Program-made: the position numbers and the translations under genes
The notes under the pieces: model-generated
What the model saw: only the letters and a program-made list of their open reading frames with translations
Told to the model about the DNA's origin: nothing
The model's database searches: none
Shown: positions 24,101 through 34,697 of the stretch, piece after piece
How positions within the stretch are numbered: the stretch's first letter is position 1
How the letters are laid out: every line of letters begins with the position of its first letter
Source of the DNA: Bugula neritina
Lineage: Eukaryota > Animalia > Bryozoa
Assembly: GCA_964035545.1 (NCBI GenBank)
Contig: OZ037771.1
Coordinates: 13,391,133-13,455,132, forward strand
DNA: 64,000 nt
Reading direction: 5' to 3'

Positions 24101-27100
24101 GTATGTTACGTAGATTTATGTGTAGTAAGACACACTAGCTATAGATATAGGAGAACACAACTTCTAGGGTATGCTTTATTGAGATGTTTTTTGGTCAAAA
24201 TGCTTTTTTTGTTAAACACTAACTTTTTTATGCAAGTTTTAAATTTGTAAGTTTGAGAGTTTCAAACTGTTTAGACTGATGACAGCAACAGAAACTGCGC
24301 TATTCCAATAGCCTAAGGTTTTACAATCTAAATGTAGCCTCAGGTACAACTGGTCATTCTGATTTCACTGGCAGGTGGTGAGTTGTGTCAGCTGAACGAG
24401 CAGCAATGCACGCACCTGGTGGTGGACAAGGTGCAGACTCTACCTGCTGACCTCGGCAGCTCTGTAACCGTGGTGAAGGCCGAGTGGTTCTGGGCCAGTG
24501 TCCAGATGGAGGTGTGCGCTGACGAGAGACTCTACGCTGTCAGTCAAGTGAGTGCATGTCTGTCTGTTTGTCTCACTTCCTGTTGATCAGTTAAAGGCAA
24601 TAATTTGCAAGCTGCGGGAAACTTTTGACAACATATGGACATTTTTCCTGAACTTATTGGCACATATACTGACATGTTATGCTTTTCCTAGAAATGTTGT
24701 TTTCTATTTTAAACGTGGTAAGTAGTTTTAGTTGATAAATAATTTTACTTTAAGCATTGTGTGAACTTATGTTATGGTGCAAGTTGTGAATGCTGATTCA
24801 TATCTTCTGCTTGTCACAGCGTACCTATCTCGTACACAGAGTCGTACAGTCTTCTGACATTTCTATTCACATAGCGGAACTTCTTGTCTGTCCATTTAGC
24901 TCTACTTTCGATCTTGTTACTGCGTTTTACAGGAAGGAGAAGAAAACACGCCGTCTAAGCACACGCCCTCAAAGTCACGGTACTCACTCAGTCGCAGCAA
25001 AAAACGGAAACGACATCACAGAGAGAACCTTGCGGCTCTCGCTAACGAGGGGCAGGTGAACTCAGGAGGAAGTAGCTACAAGAGCAGACGGTCTTCTGCA
25101 GATCATCTCAACGCGTCACTCATGTCTGCAGATATCACTCCTGACAACTCTGTGTTTCTCCTAGGTGAGTAGACAACTCTGGCTGTCTCCTAGGTGAGTA
25201 GACAACATCTGTACGTGTTGATGGGGAGTTTCTTGTGCCAACTTGTGTACTGTCGCTATATGATCAGTTGTTGCAAGGTAAACCTGCAAGTTGCCAAACC
25301 TCATATAGAATTCTGAGTGGAGGTTTAAATAGACATGATGAATATTTATTTACTCTTTTCATAGCCTTAGCTGTATTGCCAGCTAGTAGCATCACCGTTG
25401 ACACTCTCGAATATATCAGTATAAGGGAAGTGGTCTGTTGAATTGTGGGTATTGTTACAGATAACAGATATGCTGTGCCTCCGTCTCGTTTAACATTTCA
25501 AGGTATTCAGCTGCCCCCGTGACCCCCCACATGACCCCTGCATGCCTCTCACCACATATTATATTATACTGCTAGGATAAGGTTTCCGTGGCCGTCATAT
25601 CTAGCTGCCGTCTATGGGATCTTCTACTTCCACATGTGTAATATGTTAGGTAGACCTGCTAACTCATGGAGTATTTCAGGCTATAACTGGTAGTTTTTAT
25701 GCAACTTGTGCTCTTTCGCCTTGGGTTGCCTCCCTGACTACGTCGAGCTGTTGACTCGCAGCATGTAAAGCTTTGGAAGATGCTTGCTGCTGGAACTCTT
25801 TTTGATTGGCTGATATGATTTGAGTGAGTCATAGTTAAGTGATGAGTCAGAGGTGGCAGGCAAAAGGGTCGTCTGCGGTAGCTGTCTGGTGATTGGCTGA
25901 GAACTAAAGCATGGAAACTCTACTCTTATTTGTTTACTATGCCCATATTCTGTACCTCTTTTGATATACAGACTCACCTTCACCTGGGCAGCCGCTGTCT
26001 CCGACACCAGAGAAGAACCTTGTCTCTTCCTCTGTCAAACCCTCAGCTAAGAAACTTGTAGTTGGCGAGTTACTTCAGACGGAGATCAACTATTGTGGAA
26101 TTCTTTCTAACGTACTTACTGTAAGTAAATATATCTGCTGCAAGTATAGATATCTATTGTAAGTATATATATATATACTTACTGTAAATATCTATATTTA
26201 TTGTAAACATTTCTCTACTGTTTGTAAACATACACAGGTTGTAATTACCTAGTACATACAACTATTGAATATTAATTATATGATGTAAGTGTATCTTGTA
26301 CACTAGACTATACATGTATTCTAATTTTTTTCAACGCCATCAAATTTGAGTTTTGTAATCAAGCTCACTAAAGTTAAGCAATAAATTGTCACCTTCCTGG
26401 TGGTCTAGTGATAACCTCTAGTACAGATGTTACACTAACCTCTAGTACAGATGTTACACTGACTTCTAGTACAGATGTTACACTGACTTCTAGTACAGAT
26501 GTTACACTGACCTCTAGTACAGATGTTACACTGACCTCTAGTGCAGATGTTACACTGACCTCTAGTACAGATGTTACACTAACTTCTAGTACAGATGTTA
26601 CACTAACCTCTAGTACAGATGTTACACTAACCTCCAACTGCTGTGTATGGTTAGAGACTGAAAGGTGAAGGACAATGTTGTAGTTATTTCGAGACGGGGC
26701 TGAAGACCCGAGCCAGCCCGGTGGAGCCATCTTATCTAGTGCCGACAGTAAGATAATATTTGGTGGGATTCCCCCCATACTGGAGGTGCACCAAGACCTC
26801 CGCACTGACCTGGAGAAACTTCTGGCTAACTGGAGCGAAGAGATCTCTGTGGCCGATATTATACTGTCTAAGGTACTCCTCAGTCTTCCCGTACTAACAT
26901 CTCTCTGCGCTAATTGCGTTCTTAGCATCAGCTGCTTTACATTAAGTTGTACATTCACACTTCTAAGACACAGCATACTCCACTCAGTAGTCTGTTATTC
27001 TTAGTAGATTTCCTAAACCCGTGAGAGTTGTCATCACATGGTAACCTGTCTTGAGTCATTTATTCTAATATCTCAATCACTAGCATCGGTTCTGTAGTGA

Positions 27101-30100
27101 CCAATGTGCAGTTCAAGGGGATATTATGCATCCACGTCACAAGTTTCAGTCGTACCAACTCACTGTAGCGAGTACTAACTCACTGTAGTGAGTACCAACT
27201 CACTGTAGCGAGTACTAACTCACTGTAGCGAGTCATATATGAGTTGCAGTGAGTAAAGCGTAAGAGAAAAACTGCGATTAGCCTTAAGCATGGCGTTGCA
27301 TAGCCACTTCAGTGTTAGACTATTGTGTAGAGAAGAATGACTTGTCTGTAAAAACTTGTAGTTAGCAGAAAGAATTTAGTGGCCGTGAATATGACCACAC
27401 ACTTGCATACATCTGTCAACAGACACACACCTGCATGTATCTGTCAACAGGTGGAGAAGTTGAGACACGCCTACCCTCCATTTGTAAATTATTTTGAGAA
27501 GACAAAAGAGAAGATAACTCAGTGTACAAAATCTGACCACAGATTCTACGCATTCATGAAGGTCTGTCAGCGCAGACCCGAGTGCGGGAGGCAGTCACTG
27601 CCCGACCTACTCATGAATATAGTTCAGAGGCTACCTCGTATAGAACTCCTACTACAACGTAAGTCCCCGTATTGAGTGTTACAAGTTGATGTCATATCTT
27701 TCAGTCTTCTATCTAAAATATTTTTTATTTAAACTAGAATATACTTAGTAGCTGCAAGGCCTAGAGATGAACATTTTGCCGGCAAATCTTCAGATGTTTG
27801 TGATTGTTTCCTTGTTTTTAATCCCAGGAACTTTTTGTTGCCCAGGACAGAGTTAGTTATATTATTATGTAACATCAGGTATATTATTATGTAATATCAT
27901 GTCTATTATTATGTTCAATATCATGTAATGTAGAGATACACAAGTACTCCGACAAGAAGTCTGCTGACTACCAGAGACTTGAGCACGCTCAAGTCGAACT
28001 TAAGAATGTTACTAAACATATAAATGAAGATAAAAGGATCGCCGATGAGCGAATGGTACTTTTTGAGATTATGAATGACATAGACAACTACCCTGTGAGT
28101 ACCTCTTCTTTATATAAATATCTCTCCACACTCTTTGGTATCTCTTTCTACAGTCTTTAGTATCTCTCTACAGTTTTTGACATCTCTCTACAGTCTTTGG
28201 TATCTCTCTACATTCTTTGATATCTCTCTACAGTCTTTAAAATCTCTCTACAGTCTTTGGTATCTCTATACTCTTTGGTATCATGGTGCATGAAAGTTGA
28301 AGCTTGTAAGAAATATACAATATTGAATTGATTTAATCATGTCTAAAGTTGATACAGATTGGATTTGGTGACACAAGTTTAATTATAACCAATAAAACTG
28401 AAATCTGCTTGGCTGTTTTCAAATGTTGATGTGTGATGGCAGCATCTTGTTTCATTAAACTTTTGGATATCTTTCTAGCAATTCGTCAAGTTTCAGTAAC
28501 TATTTATCAAACTGAGAATTGAGATCAGGATGTCATTTGTCTCCCTCGTCACTATCAGTTTTCTTAGGGTCAACTGAAAACATTTTCACGAGACATGATA
28601 CTCCCTCTCTCTCTCTATATGACCTTACAGCTCCATTGCCAACTGTTACTTGTATATAAACTATTTACTGCTTTTTTAGTTCATTAGTATTTCTAATCCC
28701 AGCCTGTAGCCTGTGTCCTAAACTTCTCTTCACCTCTTGTGTCAAAGAGATCTACAAGTTGTATGCTAAACACTGATACAAGACTATACTCTGTTTACAG
28801 CCAAATTTGCTCTCCGCAAGTCGAAACTTTGTGAATAGAATTGACGTGGTGGAGGTCTCGGACCAGCTGGTGGGGAAAGGGGAGCCCCTCACCCTCTTCC
28901 TCTTCACAGATAGTCTGGAGGTAGGATTATCCTCCCTCCCTTCCTTCCTTCCTCCCTTCCTTCGTTTAGTAGTAGACTCTCTTTGTATTCCACTCATGTA
29001 CTAAAGTGTTCTACTAGAATATTCTTTACAAGTGTTTTGTGTATTTATATGATGTTATTTATTTATTACAACATAATGTGTTAATGACACAACCACTGCA
29101 GGGGCACCTGAGGTGTCATGTCATGATATAGTTATTGCTCTGTTTGTGTCACCCAAACTCACGCAAGTTTATTTAGTCACCATCTCTGTGAGAAATTCCT
29201 GGTAGGAATAGTTTTTTTTTTGTTAAATCGAACTAAGGACTTCTTCAGATGAAGCAAAGGAGCAATTATGATTGGATGCTCTTCCTATCATCACCAATGG
29301 TGTTTAGGCCAGCATTCTATCCCCTTCACTAACCCCTCCCCAAACATTGATGTAATATTGGTCTATCAGTTCCTTAGGCTATCGTAGCCTGAAAAACTGT
29401 CTGCCTCAAGTGGATATGTAGCGTCTACCACCCTGTATATATACAGATTGTAAAGAGAAGGCACAAGGCTAGCTCCACTCCTTTCAAGAGTCCCGCGGCC
29501 AGTAAAGGAGGCGCCCAGAACTCGTCCAGTAAGAGTAAACCTTTCAAACACATCGACCTACTTCCTCTCCCGTCTATAAAGAGAATCCTCGACATCTCCC
29601 TGGAGGAAACCATGCTACCAGCCGGTCAGTCATGTTACCGGCAGCCATTTTGAGTGTAGTGGTGGTAGTTGTCTTTTCTATGATTGGTTGCTAGGCAACC
29701 TTAACTGTAAGCTCTATTGTTTACTATAGTTCTAACTGCATATGCTACACACTTGTGTAATGTGAACTCTCTGCCATTGGATTGTTTAAATATATATGTA
29801 CCTTTTTGAAGCATAAAAAAAGTAAAGCAGTTTTTTTAACATTGTGCAGTCGTTGCATCCTATATGCTAGTCATGGCTCTGCATAAATTATGTAATAATC
29901 AATATAGTAAACATGTAATAGCTGCAATAAATAAATACATGTAATAGTCAATGTGACAAATTGCTAGAGATAAAATTGAAATAGCTGCAATAAGTACAGG
30001 TATTGGTGATGTGTATCAGTTTTGTTTGGTTGACAGATGGGAATGACTTGGCCATTGGAAGTGGAGTTATCTTTTCCCTGGTGTGTAGAAGAGTAACGGA

Positions 30101-32985
30101 TGTGAGGGAGGCGCTGTTCACGTTTCAAGTTCCCGAGAGCGACGTCTCTGATAAAATAGAGTTCATGAATATGTTGGCAGGGAACATTGCCAAGTGCTGC
30201 TGCCGCACCGACTCTGTAAGCATCGCTGACTTTATCTCACCATCGCTGACTTTCTTTGGTTTTTAACTTGATATACAATGCTGATCTCTTTGTAGCTACA
30301 CATGTACTCTGTGTGTATACACATGTACTCTGTGTATACACATGTACTCTGTGTGTACACATGTACTCTGTGTGTATACATATATTCTGTGCATATACTA
30401 GTAGAGACTGTAAACTCTTACAGGACACATTTATCACGGCTAGGACGGCATCTGAGCTGCTGATTACACCTTTAGACCTGCAGAACACCAACAAAACAAT
30501 GACAAGAGCTGTCAGCAAGTATGCATCTCTTTATGGTGTCCTTTCTAATTAGTTTAGCGGACAGAGTTTCTATATTTCCCTTGCGACTGCATAAAGCTCA
30601 CTTCTCTTCAAATAAGTTTTGTTAAAATGAATATTCACCCACTTTCAGATTTCTTATTCTGTCTACAAACAATTGAATGGTTATCTTATCTTGTATATCA
30701 TGTGTGTTCTCACTTGTCACTCACCTGCCACTTGCTACTCACCTGCCACTCATCTGACACCCACCTGTCACCTGCCGCTCATCTGTTACCTGACACTTGT
30801 CACTCTTTTGCCTAGTCACTTGTCACTCTTCTGCCTAGTCACCTGTCACTCACTCACCTGCCACTTGTCACTCAACCTGTTACTAACTTGCCGAGTGTTC
30901 TTATACTTGGTACTTTTTTGATTTATATTAGGTTTGGTAAACGTTTGAGTCGAGCCATGACCATAAAAGGAATGCCATCTCCGCTGAAGCGTGCCGTCTC
31001 TACCATCCTCACTCCTACCGGCAGGTCTTCTCTTAGACGTAACGACATTTCCTCCATGTCATCTGCCTCTTCTAGCATGTGGGAGTTGGATGTAAGTCAC
31101 GCTTTATCTCCATATGCCATACCTGTCTTGTAACATGGTGTACTTACACACTAATACTTATTCTTTGTATTTACATGCTGTACTTACACACTGTACTTAT
31201 ATCATTCACTTACATAGTGTATTTACACGATGTATTTACATGCTGTACTTGCATGTAGACTTGAGATTTGCTGCTAAAGCTTGTGGTATCTAGATAAGTA
31301 TTGGCGGGATGTTCTAGTGTCACTTTTTATGTGTTTAAAACTCTGCCCTGGCTACTGGGTCTGTTGCTACTCAGCACAGTAATTCAGCTATACTTCAGTC
31401 TATGCATGCCATTCCCTGCATGTCTCGTATCACAATTTGAGTATTTGTCTCCTGCATGTTACTTAACTATGACTCGCTCAGCATTGCCTCACCATGCACT
31501 TCCTGTGTATAACATTTGAATGTAGCCCGGGTGTGTCTCTTTCAGGAATCTAGACTACCAACTTGGTCCGAGGTTTGCATTAATCAGTGTAGTGTGAACT
31601 TGTAGACAGCTTAAGTTACTAACAACTGGTGTAGGTCTAACACGATATCAGCTCCTCACTAAACTAAATGTCTTCATTCTAACAAATAATTTCTTGAGAA
31701 ATTGATTGTTAGCCAGTGCTCAATGAGTCCAGTCTAGTAGTGATTGGGAGCGGTAATTCACCTTTCTTTCTCTATCCTTTGTTAGGCTAGTATCACTTCC
31801 ACTACCACCACCAGCACTCTAGATGATTTGTCTTTCTTAAGCACCGGCACCAACGCTAACATTTCTCCTAACGCTAAACCTAAAAATAGAAGGCGATCTG
31901 TCATTGGTCGAGTTAAAGAGAAACTGCGAAGAAAGGCGCGCGCTCACTCCCCACCATCTTTGTCTAAGGTACCGAGCTCGTCTCCCATTGCCAGTCGCAC
32001 ACGACGCAGTTCCGCTTGGTCTGTTCAGGACACGATATCAGAAGTTGTCTCTCCGATACCCGTTTCGGCTACACTACAGAAAGAGGAAACTCTAGAACAG
32101 ACCACTCGGAGCTTAGATACACATTCGACTCCCACCGTCCCTGTCTATGCTGACCAAGGCATGAGTTTGACGCCAGATTTCAACGGCAATAACTTCTGCC
32201 AGTTTGTGGTGCCCAAGATGGTGGCCACTCCAATCCCGTCGTCACGGAAACGACATTCCACACCGCATTTCATCAAGGCTCTTCTGCCCTCCGCCAGCAA
32301 GAAGCCAAAGGTGTTATCCACTTGCAAGTCAAACGAATTTAGTGATTTAGAATGTCTTAGCCCCGCCCCCACATCTCCTCTTGATGTGATGAAAGGACCA
32401 GTGGACTCTAGCACGCCCACTGTCCCGCCCACAGTCCCACCCACAGAGTCCTCTAGTACTCACATTCAAGGGCAGAACTTCACTGGTGACACCAATGAGA
32501 TTACAGTCTTGTGTCCTCCTGCCAACCCTGAAGTCTCTAAAGCTGTCAGTAGGTGGGAAACTCCGCCCTCTGTCCTTTTGTCAAGGTTTGAGACTCCGCC
32601 CATTGTGGCATCTCCTGACAAGTTCAATCCAGACACGTCTGAGAAACTGGAGTCTCCTGCTCTTGGTTCTGGTGAACCGCCTCTGAAATTCCCTGCAATA
32701 TGCAGACCTTTGCCAGCATCTGTCAGTGGTGACTGTTGCACAACTCTTACTATTAGAGAAGGCCATATGACTCCGCCTTCTACGACATCATCAGACTGCC
32801 AAGCTCCGCCTTCTATGACATCATCAGATTGCCAAGCTCTGCCTTCTATGACATCATCAGACTGTCAAGCTCCGCCTCCTATAACATCACCAAGCTGTGA
32901 AGCTCCTCCCACATCTTCTGGACAGGACGACAGTTCCAAGTCCGACACACCAGGGGCTTTAAACTGCCCTCAAACTGATCAGTGA
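21151..32985 (+). CDS. ECT2: ECT2/Pebble RhoGEF (BRCT0-BRCT1-BRCT2, S-loop NLS, DH, PH, C-terminal tail); long-tail isoform ~1246 aa
   Basis: Exons 21151-21228, 21587-21775, 22352-22552, 23018-23119, 23534-23633, 24375-24547, 24933-25164, 25972-26120, 26684-26872, 27451-27658, 27934-28094, 28801-28920, 29447-29624, 30037-30215, 30424-30518, 30932-31091, 31546-31572 (microexon) and 31786-32985; all GT-AG and phase-consistent. Motifs RPLY..ICFTGF, VTHVVA..GEKYK, EWFWASVQME, KKRKR, ELLQTEINY, YPPFVNYFE, RPECGRQSL..VQRLP, HINEDKR, LTLFLFTDSLE. Confidence 0.95.
23240..23477. repeat. (TAGTATAGTATA)n satellite in an ECT2 intron
   Basis: Read directly. Confidence 0.93.
23636..23845. repeat. 30-bp minisatellite (TATATCCACTCTATATCTGTCTGTTTGTCC), ~7 copies, starting at an ECT2 donor site
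   Basis: Read directly. Confidence 0.93.
26412..26635. repeat. 24-bp minisatellite (ACCTCTAGTACAGATGTTACACT[A/G]), ~9 copies
   Basis: Read directly. Confidence 0.95.
28120..28280. repeat. Degenerate 20-bp tandem repeat (TATCTCTCTACAGTCTTTGG)
   Basis: About 8 imperfect copies. Confidence 0.85.
29160..29308 (-). mobile_element. 5'-truncated copy of the tRNA-derived SINE family seen at 42.6-43.1 kb
   Basis: Shares AGTCACCATC(C/T)CTGTGAGAAA and GGAGCAATTATGATTGGATGCTCTT..CACCAATGG with the 42.6-43.1 kb copies. Confidence 0.8.
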
Positions 32986-33324
32986 CTGAAACAGTGCTGC
33001 CCTACCTAACTCTCTATAATTCCTTAAACTCTCTCTTTTTTAAGCCTGTTCCTTTCTTTCTTCTCTCAACTTTCTTTGCTGTGACGTTTGACATTTATTT
33101 CTGTTAACCCAAGCCTACGTTATTATTCCACTTTCCTGGTATAATATCAGGTATTGACAATGTTGTACATAGAGTTGTGTTTTTAAATATATGGCGTAAT
33201 AACTAATATATACTATGGCATTTATATCTCATTCTATGCTTGGTAACATATTTATTTGCTATTGCTTTGTTGGTGTTGATAACATCCAACTGCATATCCA
33301 GCTAATGCTCTCCTTGTCCACCTT

Positions 33325-33654
33325 GTAAGTATGTGTAAGTAGTAACTGTAAGTATGTGTAAGTAGTAAGTGTAAGTAGTAATGTAAGTATTAAGTGTAAG
33401 TAGTAAGTGTAAGTAATAGCTGTAAGTATTAAGTGTAAGTAGTAACTGTAAGTAAGTGTAAGTAATAACTGTAAGTTTGTGTAGGTAGTAAGTGTAAGTA
33501 TGTATAAGTATTAAGTGTAAGTAATAACTGTAAGTAGTAAATGTAAGTAATAACTGTAAGTATTAAGTGTAAGTAGTAACTGTAAGTAGTAGTAAATATA
33601 ACTGTAAGTAGCAGGTGTAAGTAGTAAGTGTAAGTAGCAGCTGTAGGTGTAAGT
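33325..33654 (+). repeat. Degenerate GTAAGT-rich tandem array between the ECT2 alternative last exons
   Basis: Roughly 30 GTAAGT hexamers in 10-13-bp units. Confidence 0.9.
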
Positions 33655-34080
33655 ACAAGAGTGCTTGCTGCTCAGCTTGAAATGCAGCTGATTTCCTCTG
33701 AAATTCTTAAGGTAACTTCAGATGTGTTATAGATTTTCCATTTCACACTTTTTAAGAAAATATTATGTCTTGACAGTATTTTTTCGTTTGTTTTGTTGAT
33801 GTTCTTTGACTAGACTTTTAATAATTTGACTGTCCTTCATATTCATGAATTTGTTTTGTCATATATGCAGTGCCATAACTTGTGCCCTGTATAATTTGTT
33901 TCGTTGGAATAGTTTCTCTATTCACCACTTTAAATTATATAATAGATAACATATAATAGATAATATGCTATAATAAATAATAGATAATATGCTATAATAG
34001 ATGATATAATATAATAGATAATATAATATAATAGATAACACAATATTATATTGTATAATGTGTAGTTCAACTCTTTACAG

Positions 34081-34227
34081 CAAGCTTCAGCTTCTCCTAA
34101 TCTTCAAGATTCTTCGATAGCCTCAGAGTCTCCAATGTTTTCGTCGCATTCTACACTGCCCCGCCCTCGCCCGCCTAACTCTGAGCGTACCCTCAGGGTA
34201 TCTAAGGCATTTACTAAACCTCACTAG
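34081..34227 (+). CDS. ECT2: Candidate alternative last coding exon of ECT2 (48 aa; gives a ~895-aa protein of typical ECT2 size)
   Basis: Acceptor CTCTTTACAG at 34080, phase 0 like the preceding donors; open frame QASASPNLQDSS...HSTLPRPRPP...KPH*; GC-richer than the flanking intron. Confidence 0.55.
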   Translation, partial: QASASPNLQDSSIASESPMFSSHSTLPRPRPPNSERTLRVSKAFTKPH

Positions 34228-34562
34228 GGCTGCTCAGCTCACCCTGCATGGTGGTAAGGTACTAACCGCTCTTCCTAGTTAACTGCTTAGGTTTCTTATG
34301 TGTTATAACCAGAGTTTCTATCTCACTCTAAGGTGATTGTAGGGGTGCTGTTCAACATGCTCCCTATATAGAAGCTCTTGAACTAAATATTTCTGCTATG
34401 CTTTGAATGACTGAGACTTTTAAACAATTAATTTCCAATTGTTACTAAAATTTTAATTGTTCTTAATACTGATTTCATTCTTCCGATTACTTCTTCAGTG
34501 ATGACCTTCGACCTTGTAGAGAACTTGACTATGAAGCTAGTAGTCAATGTTTTGTCACATAC

Positions 34563-34697
34563 CTTAGTCGAATCGTTCTATAAGTAGCTCCGAGCTGAGG
34601 GTAACTGAGTGCAATAGTTGGGGATTCTCGGGCTCCTCAAACTACTGCACTCAAGTCACCCCCAACTCGAAGCTGCTTATAGAACTAGTCAGCTAAG
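34563..34697. mobile_element. ~135-bp hairpin MITE-like inverted repeat
   Basis: CTTAG..GTTCTATAAGTAGCTCCGAGCTGAGGGTAACTGAGTGCA pairs imperfectly with TGCACTCAAGTCACCCCAACTCGAAGCTGCTTATAGAAC..CTAAG. Confidence 0.7.

Noticed and set aside
26389-26976. 195-aa minus-strand ORF, and CRISPR-like regularity of the 24/30/31-bp repeats
   Set aside because: The ORF is antisense to an ECT2 exon plus a minisatellite. The repeats are head-to-tail with no unique spacers, there are no cas genes, and the context is eukaryotic.
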